NCBI GenBank assembly: GCA_036339465.1
Contig: JAYZAY010000102.1
Span: forward strand, 1-58,247
Reading direction: 5' to 3'
Length of the DNA: 58,247 nt
Source of the DNA: Myxococcota bacterium
GTDB lineage: Bacteria > Myxococcota > XYA12-FULL-58-9 > JABJBS01
How positions within the stretch are numbered: position 1 is the stretch's first letter; the number at the start of each line of letters is the position of its first letter. Shown here piece after piece: positions 1-8,361 of this stretch. The notes below the pieces were generated by a model. It had not been told where the DNA came from. It did not search any database and worked only from the letters and a program-made list of their open reading frames with translations. The position numbers and the translations under genes were made by a program.

Positions 1-742
1 ACTCTGCACTGATCCCCAAACCACCTTTCAGTGAATTTCGAAGTTTTTTACGACGCTGGGAAAATGAAGCCCGAGCGACTTCAACCAATGCTGCATCCTC
101 CTCGGCACTCCAAGCCTCGGGACATCGGTCCAAGACGACTACCGCCGACGTTACCCTAGGCGGCGGAAAAAACGAGCCTGGGGGCACGTCAAAGGCCTTC
201 TCCACCGCAAACTTGCGCTGAAGTAAGATACTCAGGAGCCCATACTCTTTGCTGCCACTCTCAGCCGCCATCCGCTTTGCCACTTCCCGCTGCACCATCA
301 CCACCGCGCGCTTCACATAAGGAGCGGCATCGGCCATGGAAACCAAAATACGGCTGGAGATTTGGTAAGGGAGATTTCCCACCACCGTCAAAGGTCCTCC
401 CGCTTCTGTCGCCAAAGCCGCGTAATCCAACCGAGCCGCATCGGTCTCGATGATTTTTAGATCGGCGCCGGAAAAATGATCGCGAATGATCGGTACCAAA
501 TCCCGATCCCGCTCCACCGCCCAAATCTTCAAATCATTGTTGAGTAGTTCTGAAGTCAGTGCTCCCAGTCCAGCCGCAATCTCAATCACGACCGCCGGTG
601 ATTCAGCCCTCCTGAGAAGGACCTCGACAATCTGGCGCAGTACATTTCTGTCATGCAGGAAATTTTGACCCCAGGATTTCTTGGGTCCGGTGCCCAAAAG
701 ACGTTTCAAATACCGAGGATCCACCGGTTGATAATCAGGCAT
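1..742 (-). CDS. rsmA: 16S rRNA adenine dimethyltransferase RsmA/KsgA (3' end runs off the window)
   Basis: Not in the ORF track. Manual translation from ATG at 742 gives MPDYQPVDPRYLKRLLGTGPKKSWGQNFLHD...VIEIAAGLGALT...VVGNLPYQISS, which carries the GQNFL, SAM-binding and NLPY motifs. Start overlaps the tsaD stop. Confidence 0.93.
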   Translation of the reverse strand, partial: MPDYQPVDPRYLKRLLGTGPKKSWGQNFLHDRNVLRQIVEVLLRRAESPAVVIEIAAGLGALTSELLNNDLKIWAVERDRDLVPIIRDHFSGADLKIIETDAARLDYAALATEAGGPLTVVGNLPYQISSRILVSMADAAPYVKRAVVMVQREVAKRMAAESGSKEYGLLSILLQRKFAVEKAFDVPPGSFFPPPRVTSAVVVLDRCPEAWSAEEDAALVEVARASFSQRRKKLRNSLKGGLGISAE

Positions 743-1745
743 TTTCTTGTCCCAGGGGCCAGCGCGACCGAACCGGCGCCTGCCAATCGGTCTGTTCTCC
801 TCGAGCCAGCCGTACAATACCCGCCGCACCAATCATCGCTGCGTTGTCGGTGCACAGAACCTTTGCTGGCGCAAAGCACCAGAGCCCCACTTTATGGCAC
901 TCCTCTTCCATCATAGAACGCAAGCGAGAGTTTGCCGCCACCCCACCGGCCAAAACAATCCCTGGAAAATCCAATTGTTGAGCCGCAACAATGGCCTTCG
1001 TCACGAGGGTTTTGGCGATAGTTTCCTGAAGAGAGGCACAAAAATCGCTTAGTTCTTGCCCTTCAATGGGTTCCTTCCTACTACGGATCACCTTCAAAGC
1101 AGCTGTTTTGAGACCCGAAAAAGAAAACTCTAGAATCTTTTTACTCACCAACGCCCTAGGAAAATCGAATGCATGGGGATCACCGGTTTCAGCCAGCCGA
1201 TCTACTTTGACTCCCCCCGGATACCCCAATCCCAATACCTTGGCAATTTTGTCGAAAGCTTCCCCTGCCGCATCATCCCGAGTCCCACCCAATAATTGAT
1301 AATTTCCAAAATCTGGTACACCGTAGAGCTGGGTATGTCCGCCACTTACCACCAACGCTAAATGGGGATAGGACGGTGCATCATCCGCCAATTGTGAAGC
1401 GGCTAGATGACCTTCAAGATGGTTGACCCCTACCCAAGGAATGTTTCTAGCCAACGAGAAACCTTTAGCAAATTGGACCCCCACCAAAAGCCCACCCACC
1501 AGGCCTGGTCCCATGGCAACCGCTATACCATCCACCTGGTCTGTGCCTGCTTCTTCAAAAGCTGCTTGCGTCACCGTGACAATCCTAGCCACATGCTCCC
1601 GAGAAGCAATTTCAGGAACAACGCCACCAAATCGAGCATGATTTTCCACCTGGGAGTGAATGATATTACTAATAACTCTAGGGCCCTCTTCTACAATTGC
1701 CGCAGAGGTTTCGTCGCAACTGGTCTCAATTCCGAGAATTCGCAT
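735..1745 (-). CDS. tsaD: tRNA N6-adenosine threonylcarbamoyltransferase TsaD
   Basis: MRILGIETSCDET, GGVVPEIASREH, NHLEGH, SGGHT, DDAAGEAFDK and CTDNAAMI motifs. Start trimmed to the ATG at 1745. Confidence 0.97.
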   Translation of the reverse strand: MRILGIETSCDETSAAIVEEGPRVISNIIHSQVENHARFGGVVPEIASREHVARIVTVTQAAFEEAGTDQVDGIAVAMGPGLVGGLLVGVQFAKGFSLARNIPWVGVNHLEGHLAASQLADDAPSYPHLALVVSGGHTQLYGVPDFGNYQLLGGTRDDAAGEAFDKIAKVLGLGYPGGVKVDRLAETGDPHAFDFPRALVSKKILEFSFSGLKTAALKVIRSRKEPIEGQELSDFCASLQETIAKTLVTKAIVAAQQLDFPGIVLAGGVAANSRLRSMMEEECHKVGLWCFAPAKVLCTDNAAMIGAAGIVRLARGEQTDWQAPVRSRWPLGQENA

Positions 1746-1916
1746 AACTGCCGTTACCGCAGCCTTCATAAATCTGCAATTACGAAAATTGAAATGCACC
1801 GTGCCAACGTATAAAGACGCTTCTTAGGGGGGAGCCGACCAAACCGATTTTGCGGGGACACCCCCACCCCAAAACCAGAAATGAATGCTGTAATTCTAAT
1901 AGGTTAGGGAATACAA

Positions 1917-2903
1917 ATGGAATCAGTGACCAGACAAAAAGCCAATAAAAGGACATCGTGGAAAGCCTTTTGCGGTGCCTTCATCTTTCTTTTCGGAATC
2001 AGCCTGGGATCGACCCAATCCAGAGCCAATCCCCGAAACCATGCGCAAAACTCAACTTCTAAGAAGAGAATAAAAACAAAGAAAATTGAACTCAACCCAA
2101 GAAATAACCGCCCCATAGTCCGAAAATGGTTCCGAAAAGTAGGTAAACGACAACCCAATGAATCTTTTGGGGAGTTGATGGCCCGGGTGGCAATCATGAA
2201 ATTGCGACGCCCCTATCTCAACAAGCCCACCCACGCCGTCAAAGAAAAACTTCGACCGAATGTTCAAAGTTTCGAATGCGTTTCCCTAGTAGAAACTTCT
2301 TTGGCCATGGCACGCTGCGTCTGGACCTCACAACCCAATTACCGCTGCTTCAAAAGTGAACTCCAACAATGCCGATATCGAAACGGAGCAATAGCCAATT
2401 ATGGCTCGCGACTCCATTACTTTACCGACTGGCTCCAAGACAATGCCACCCGTCAACGCGTTAAACTTCTTAGCCAAGACTTAGGCGGCATCCCTAACCA
2501 GCGGTCATTTAACCGAATGACCACCCGCGTTCGCGCCTACCCCGCGCTCAAAAACAAAGGGGTGTTTAATCAAATACGAGACGCCGAATACCGACTCAAT
2601 AAAACCAAGGTCTTTTGGATACCCAAAGACCAAGTCCAAGCTATTCAGCCTCAATTAAGTGCTGGTGATATCATTGGAATCGTCACAAAAATGAAAGGTC
2701 TACTACTATCGCATGTAGGACTGCTCATCCCCAACCAGAAAAATGGACCCCGCTTATTACACGCCTCAAGTTTTCATGGCCGAGTCGTTTTGACCCGAGT
2801 TAGCCTCCATAACTATTTACACAGACAAGCAAAAAGACTGGGAATCGTGGTTGCTCGCCCCCTAGCCCCAACGTCGAAATTGGCTGAACATTTTCCAAAA
2901 TAA
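1917..2903 (+). CDS. Secreted DUF1460 / N-acetylmuramoyl-L-alanine amidase-like (NlpC/P60-related) protein
   Basis: N-terminal signal-like segment; FECVSLVE (catalytic Cys), RLHYFTDW, SHVG (His) and LLHASS motifs typical of DUF1460. Confidence 0.8.
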   Translation: MESVTRQKANKRTSWKAFCGAFIFLFGISLGSTQSRANPRNHAQNSTSKKRIKTKKIELNPRNNRPIVRKWFRKVGKRQPNESFGELMARVAIMKLRRPYLNKPTHAVKEKLRPNVQSFECVSLVETSLAMARCVWTSQPNYRCFKSELQQCRYRNGAIANYGSRLHYFTDWLQDNATRQRVKLLSQDLGGIPNQRSFNRMTTRVRAYPALKNKGVFNQIRDAEYRLNKTKVFWIPKDQVQAIQPQLSAGDIIGIVTKMKGLLLSHVGLLIPNQKNGPRLLHASSFHGRVVLTRVSLHNYLHRQAKRLGIVVARPLAPTSKLAEHFPK

Positions 2904-2928
2904 CGACCAAGAAGCTCCGTCTTAGACA

Positions 2929-4662
2929 TTAATCATCATCAGACCAAACAAATTCCACTGTCACACGATTCCCTTTGCCATGGTAAACCAACCTCTCGCA
3001 AATCGAGCTAACCAGGGAGATACCACGTCCACTATGGCCCATGTTCCCAGCCATATGACCCACCTTATTTTCGAAGTCAAACCCACTTCCACTATCCTCT
3101 AAAGCGATGTTCAGCCGTCCACCGGACGGCGCCGGCTCATGAGAAAATTCGAAACGAAGCCTGCCTTCCTCGAGCTCAGATAAACGCTGTTGGCGTAGCG
3201 CGTAGTATGCACTGAAACCATCAACATTTTGCTTCATTTTCGAGTCTAGGCCCAAAATACCGTGCTCTAACGCGTTGTTATATAACTCCGCCAAGACGAT
3301 GTATAGAGACTCACGGTACTCACAGAGTCCCTGAATTTCACCAAGCATGTGCATTAAAATAGGCAGAGGATCGACGGTCCTCAAAGTGGGTGCTTCAAAC
3401 TCCAGGCACAAATTCCAGGGCGTGGCCACCTTCAAAGAACTGTCTCCGGTGTTGGTGAAGGTAGATTCGCAAACCAGGTTTTTCGCACACAAAACTTCGA
3501 CCATCGTGGTATCGTCACTCTGCTGACCTCCCCCCCTAAAGCGTAACACGTCTTCCAACAACTCTGAAAAAATACACTGGGGCTCTGCAATAAATTTATT
3601 GAAGAGTGCCTCCACCCTTTCCTCGCCGTACATCTCACCATCCCTAGACTCAGCCTCAGTAATGCCATCTGAAAAAACGACAAACCTGTCGCCTGGTCGA
3701 CAGTTCACATAGTTAGGCCGACTCTCCACCTCCTTTATAACACCAAGGGCAAAGCTATTTGAGCTAAATCTCTCACAGGTCTGGTCCTCGGCTCTCACCA
3801 TAAAAACGTCGGGAAGCCCTCCATTCCAAAGCAAGACCCCCTCACCGTCCGTCTGAAACTCCATCAAACAGGCCGCCAAAAAAATCTCTGTGGGCAAACA
3901 GCTACGTAATTTGCGGTTGAGTTCAAGTACAATCGCATCGAGAGTGAACCCCTTGGCAACCATCCCATAAAAAGTTTCTGCCACAGGAACCGCACCTACC
4001 GCTGCAGGCAGGCCATGACCGGTGAAATCTCCCAAAACGACATAGAGTGAGCCCGAGGGTGAACGTGTTGCCAACACCAGATCCCCATTAAAAATAGACA
4101 TAGGTGAAAGCAAATAACGAATCCTCTCATCGTCTAAACAGCCTGTCGGAACAATTTTCGCGAAGATTCTCTCGGCGACTCGATGTTCGTGCTCGAGATG
4201 ACTTTGGTGGTATAAAAGCTGATCTCTCTGAGCCTCCATCGTCCTGTAAAGCTGCTGAATTCGAAGCATCGCCCGAAGCTTGGCATTTAAGATTATTTGA
4301 TTGTAGGGTTTGGTCAGAAAATCGTCGCCGCCACATTCGAGACATTTTGCCAGTGCACTCCCATCTGTGAGTGCCGTAAGAAAAATAACCGGGGTAAATT
4401 TATCGCGCTCCCGGGATTTGATTACCTTCGTCGCTTCGTAGCCATCCATCTCCGGCATCATGACATCCATGAGCACGATATCTGGATCTTTCGTATCAAA
4501 GAGCTCCACAGCATCGAGGCCATTCTCTGCCTCAATAACCTGACACCCACCCCGCTTTAGAAGTGCCAACAATAAAATTCGGTTGATTCGATCATCATCG
4601 ACCAAAAGGACCAATAGGCCCTCTTCACCGCTGTATTCAGTGAGCGCTTCCATTGCTTCCAT
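2929..4662 (-). CDS. Receiver + PP2C/SpoIIE phosphatase + HATPase anti-sigma kinase (HsbR-like)
   Basis: VDDD...LMDVMMP...KP receiver; GDFTGHG, FSDGITE and DDTT PP2C motifs; ELYNNALEHG, DSGSGF and GRGI kinase motifs. Confidence 0.9.
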   Translation of the reverse strand: MEAMEALTEYSGEEGLLVLLVDDDRINRILLLALLKRGGCQVIEAENGLDAVELFDTKDPDIVLMDVMMPEMDGYEATKVIKSRERDKFTPVIFLTALTDGSALAKCLECGGDDFLTKPYNQIILNAKLRAMLRIQQLYRTMEAQRDQLLYHQSHLEHEHRVAERIFAKIVPTGCLDDERIRYLLSPMSIFNGDLVLATRSPSGSLYVVLGDFTGHGLPAAVGAVPVAETFYGMVAKGFTLDAIVLELNRKLRSCLPTEIFLAACLMEFQTDGEGVLLWNGGLPDVFMVRAEDQTCERFSSNSFALGVIKEVESRPNYVNCRPGDRFVVFSDGITEAESRDGEMYGEERVEALFNKFIAEPQCIFSELLEDVLRFRGGGQQSDDTTMVEVLCAKNLVCESTFTNTGDSSLKVATPWNLCLEFEAPTLRTVDPLPILMHMLGEIQGLCEYRESLYIVLAELYNNALEHGILGLDSKMKQNVDGFSAYYALRQQRLSELEEGRLRFEFSHEPAPSGGRLNIALEDSGSGFDFENKVGHMAGNMGHSGRGISLVSSICERLVYHGKGNRVTVEFVWSDDD

Positions 4663-4701
4663 GTTAGCTAGAAATTAAGTAAGCTTTTGCCCACCCATCT
4701 T

Positions 4702-5007
4702 CTATTCTACCTTGAATAACTTTGCGAAATTAGCCACTTTGAGAATATTCTTGATTTGGGGACGGCAGTTTATAATCCGAATATTCGCACTATCTCCACC
4801 CGCATGCTCTCTCATTAGGAGCAGCATACCCAAGGCTGAACTATCTAAATACTCTGCCGCAGCCATATCAATAACATACTGCTCAACCGGTGTATCCAAA
4901 TCCTCATATGCTTTACGAAATTCCTGGTGTGAACTAAAGTCGAACCGACCGGAAATCTTGATCGTTATTTGTGACTCATCGCTCACTAGATCAGCTGAAA
5001 CGCTCAT
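4702..5007 (-). CDS. STAS-domain anti-sigma-factor antagonist (HsbA-like)
   Basis: Start at ATG 5007 with a GGAGGT RBS at 5011-5016; GRFDFSSHQEFR...YLDSSALGMLL phospho-Ser motif. Confidence 0.92.
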   Translation of the reverse strand: MSVSADLVSDESQITIKISGRFDFSSHQEFRKAYEDLDTPVEQYVIDMAAAEYLDSSALGMLLLMREHAGGDSANIRIINCRPQIKNILKVANFAKLFKVE

Positions 5008-5129
5008 ATCACCTCCAAGGTTTGAAGCATTTGCGTAAACGCATTGCATCCTGTCCCGCTTGGTCATTTTTCCATATTTAGGTGGTTCGATGCAATCAAC
5101 ATAGTAACCATCCCCTAAATATTTGTGTC

Positions 5130-6335
5130 CTAGCAATTCAGATTTTCAACAATTAGGCTCACACCTTGACCCACACCAACACACAAAGTCGTCAATCCAT
5201 ATCGCAAGTCCTGGCGCCTCAGTTCATGAAGCAAGGTCACCAAAATCCGCGCTCCGCTACAACCCAGCGGGTGACCTAAGGCGATGGCCCCACCATTCAC
5301 ATTCACCTTTTTCTCATCGAGACCCAGTTCCCGAATCACTGCCAAACTCTGGACGGCAAATGCTTCGTTAAGCTCCACCAAGTCAAGATCGTGAATCGCT
5401 AGGCCCGCCTTCTTTAAGGCTTCCTGGGTCGCCGGAACAGGACCAAGCCCCATCACTCTAGGATCCACCCCAGCAGAACCTGAGGAAATCACTCGAGCCA
5501 TCGGCTGCAATCCCAAGGCTTGACCCCATTCCCGAGTGCCTAAAACCAGTGCCGCCGCCCCATCATTGAGCGTGGAACTATTGCCAGCAGTCACGGTACC
5601 ACCCTTTCGAAACACCGGTCTGAGCGCCGCAAGCTTTTCTAAAGATGATTCCGCACGAGGACCTTCATCGGTCGTGAACTTAAAAGTTCCTTTTCGCGTC
5701 ACAATCTCGGTCGGAATGATCTCACCCTCAAACCGCCCCGTTTCAATCGCCGCTACAGCCTTTCTATGGCTCCCTAGGGAGAAACGATCTTGATCCTCAC
5801 GAGAAATACTGGTTTGGGTTGCAATATTTTCCGCTGTCTCCCCCATCCCTTCCAAGGGGAAAAGTACTTCCATTTTTGGATTTGGAAAACGCCATCCCAA
5901 AGAAGTATCAAAAATCTGTGGATTCCCGTTTGCGTACGCCCGAGCTCCTTTCGACATAACGTAAGGCGCACGGGTCATATTTTCGACGCCTCCGGTCAAC
6001 ACACCATCGCGATCACCCACTTGTAACGCTCTGATCCCAGCAATGGTCGCATCCAACCCCGAAGCACAGAGTCGATTCACCGTAATGCCTGGGACAGAAT
6101 GCGGAAAACCAGCCAGAAGAGCCGCCATTCGAGCTACATTCCGGTTGTCTTCACCCGACTGATTTGCGCAACCTGCAAAAATTTCACCTATGGATTCCAT
6201 GGGAATACCCAAACGTTCCACAGCTCCTCGCAGTACCCCTGCGAGTAAATCGTCAGCGCGCATTTCCGAAAGTTGACCGCGAATCTTAGCGATAGGACTT
6301 CGAAACCCACCAAAAATTAACGCTTCTTTCATCAT
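5130..6335 (-). CDS. Acetyl-CoA C-acyltransferase (thiolase, PcaF/PaaJ-like)
   Basis: [35 protein letters not shown] and CVGVGQG motifs. Confidence 0.93.
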   Translation of the reverse strand: MMKEALIFGGFRSPIAKIRGQLSEMRADDLLAGVLRGAVERLGIPMESIGEIFAGCANQSGEDNRNVARMAALLAGFPHSVPGITVNRLCASGLDATIAGIRALQVGDRDGVLTGGVENMTRAPYVMSKGARAYANGNPQIFDTSLGWRFPNPKMEVLFPLEGMGETAENIATQTSISREDQDRFSLGSHRKAVAAIETGRFEGEIIPTEIVTRKGTFKFTTDEGPRAESSLEKLAALRPVFRKGGTVTAGNSSTLNDGAAALVLGTREWGQALGLQPMARVISSGSAGVDPRVMGLGPVPATQEALKKAGLAIHDLDLVELNEAFAVQSLAVIRELGLDEKKVNVNGGAIALGHPLGCSGARILVTLLHELRRQDLRYGLTTLCVGVGQGVSLIVENLNC

Positions 6336-6587
6336 TCCACCTTCTTTATAGCAAGAGATCCAAGTACAGACCTCTCACTCATTTTTTGACCTCTAAAACG
6401 TACTTGGTCGCCCAAAAACAACGCTTGACCCTGCCGTGTCAAGGAAAACTCTTGCTCCAAGACCCATCCCACACCTCAGAAATACGGCACGAGAGATCTC
6501 ACCGAAATCATCCACAAAACATCACAAGGCATTGTCAGTATCCTCGAGCAAGCCTCCAAACTCGAACCTCCCCTAGAACTCCACTGC

Positions 6588-6712
6588 GAAATTATCCCTG
6601 TGAAATTATCCCTGTGAAATTATCCCGGTGAAATTATCCCGGTGAAATTATCCCGGTGAAATTATCCCGGTGAAATTATCCCGGTGAAATTATCCCGGTG
6701 AAATTATCCCGG
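6588..6712. repeat. 14-bp tandem repeat (VNTR), 9 copies of GAAATTATCCC(T/G)GT
   Basis: Two copies of GAAATTATCCCTGT, six of GAAATTATCCCGGT and a final 13/14 copy, head to tail with no spacers, in a divergent intergenic region. Confidence 0.97.
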
Positions 6713-6834
6713 GCCTCACTTGCCGACAATCCACATAAGAAGCAGTCCCGAGTTTTAATAAAAAAAAGCATCTTTGTGCATTTACAAAGCTTCTCCTCTT
6801 TTTTCCCACCCTCATGTTTCATATGTAAAAGTCC

Positions 6835-8361
6835 ATGCTTGTTATCAGAATACCCGGCCCTGAATCAGACACCGAACACGCGCATTTCCCCCCCCCCCCA
6901 CCGCAGCAGAGAATCTGTGCCCGACTCCGTGTCGCTTGTCTGGTATTAGGAGTCACTCTCTCCATGGCTTCGTTGGCCAAAGCTGAACCAGAAACAAAAG
7001 AAAACTGGTATGTCCTAGGAACAGATAACCCCAAGCTACTGCAAGTTGTCCAATACTACGCAAGAAAATACAAAATCAAAATCGGAAACCAGGAAAAAAG
7101 ATGGAACAACACTCTTTTGGGGGAGAAGAATCCGAGCTGGCCCACCGTCTACAGTATACAAACAAGTTTTCAGGAAGCTCGTAATCTCCAAAGCACCTTT
7201 GAGAACACCAAGGCCTCAGAGTTGCGGGCGATGCTTTGGAGCAACTACGAGACTGCACCATTTATATCCAAGGAACTCGTTCAACTTATGAGTGAAATTC
7301 TCTTCGACACCCTGACCGGGGCCATCGCCAATGGCGATACAGAAAAAGCCGGTGTCGTGGCCAAGCAGCTCGCCGAAAGATTTCCCAATACCAAAGCAGA
7401 TCGTAATCGGCACCCGCCCCCCACTTTTGACGCCATCAAGAAATTCTCCAACCTGAAACAATTGGCTTCTGGAACCATCAAGATAAGCACGGACCAACCG
7501 GGTAATCTTTGGGCAGACGGAATAAATTTCGGTCCTATTTCCGGACAACGACAAATTTCCCTTGGCATTGGTACCCATAAATTGTGGGTCGAAACATCCA
7601 GCCAGCGAGCCTTTAGTCGAAAAGTGGTGATTCGAGAAAAAGAAAACCCACCGATTCATTTTAACCCAAACTTTCACCATTGCTTCGATACCCAAAAGCC
7701 ATTTCTAACGAACTGTAGCACCCTGGATTTCCGCCAAACCCTTAAGGAAAAATTACAACTCCGCTCCCTTCTCTTTGCCCATTGGATCACCGAAACCGGA
7801 CCTCAAAAAGCCATAGAAATCATCGAAATGGGACCAATCAATGACAAAACTGCCATCGTAAGACAAACAATCACTTCTCCAATTCAAAGGGCAGAGAGCA
7901 ACTTCGAGCCTCTGATTGAATTCCAGGACAACAAAAATTTCGATCCTAGATGGCTACTCCCCCTTGGAGGCGGACAATTTGTTCAAGAAAGATACAGCGC
8001 CGCCGTGATCTACTTGGCTCTACAGCTCGGGTTAGGGGCATGGAACATATTGAGCTATCTCGACTACCAAAGTGCCATCGAAAACCCTTCCTTCGAAACA
8101 ATACAAGGGCTTAAGACCAAACTGAACACCAGCGCAATTTGCTTCTGGGCAAGCATAGGCCTGGGGATCATGGAGGCCATTTTAGTCGGAATCATCAACC
8201 CTCCCCTAAAAAAATACACCGACTATACCAAGGATGGTGTAGGCCTGTCCTCAAGCCATTGGCAAACCGTTGACTTTCTCCGGCGTGCGAAGAATAAGCC
8301 CCATCCAAGAAACGGAAACACCGAAGCCCTCACAATGATATCGATGGATTGGAGCTTTTGA
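6835..8361 (+). CDS. Hypothetical exported/membrane protein with PEGA-like domain and C-terminal hydrophobic segments
   Basis: Signal-peptide-like RLRVACLVLGVTLSMASLAKA; PEGA-like IKISTDQPGNLWADG...LGIGTHKL; LLPLGGGQF followed by TM helices; C12 tract near the 5' end. Confidence 0.6.
   Translation: MLVIRIPGPESDTEHAHFPPPPPQQRICARLRVACLVLGVTLSMASLAKAEPETKENWYVLGTDNPKLLQVVQYYARKYKIKIGNQEKRWNNTLLGEKNPSWPTVYSIQTSFQEARNLQSTFENTKASELRAMLWSNYETAPFISKELVQLMSEILFDTLTGAIANGDTEKAGVVAKQLAERFPNTKADRNRHPPPTFDAIKKFSNLKQLASGTIKISTDQPGNLWADGINFGPISGQRQISLGIGTHKLWVETSSQRAFSRKVVIREKENPPIHFNPNFHHCFDTQKPFLTNCSTLDFRQTLKEKLQLRSLLFAHWITETGPQKAIEIIEMGPINDKTAIVRQTITSPIQRAESNFEPLIEFQDNKNFDPRWLLPLGGGQFVQERYSAAVIYLALQLGLGAWNILSYLDYQSAIENPSFETIQGLKTKLNTSAICFWASIGLGIMEAILVGIINPPLKKYTDYTKDGVGLSSSHWQTVDFLRRAKNKPHPRNGNTEALTMISMDWSF
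6888..6899 (+). repeat. Poly-C12 homopolymer inside the 5' end of the 6835 CDS
   Basis: TT-CCCCCCCCCCCC-ACC; encodes FPPPP in frame. Confidence 0.95.

Noticed and set aside
261..524. Small ORFs listed at the left edge
   Set aside because: They are alternative frames of rsmA, which the track missed because it runs off the window.
6588..6712. CRISPR array or oriC DnaA-box cluster
   Set aside because: Units are contiguous with no spacers and no cas genes are present. TTATCCC(T/G)G matches TTATCCACA at only 6/9, and there is no dnaA, dnaN or rep gene nearby.
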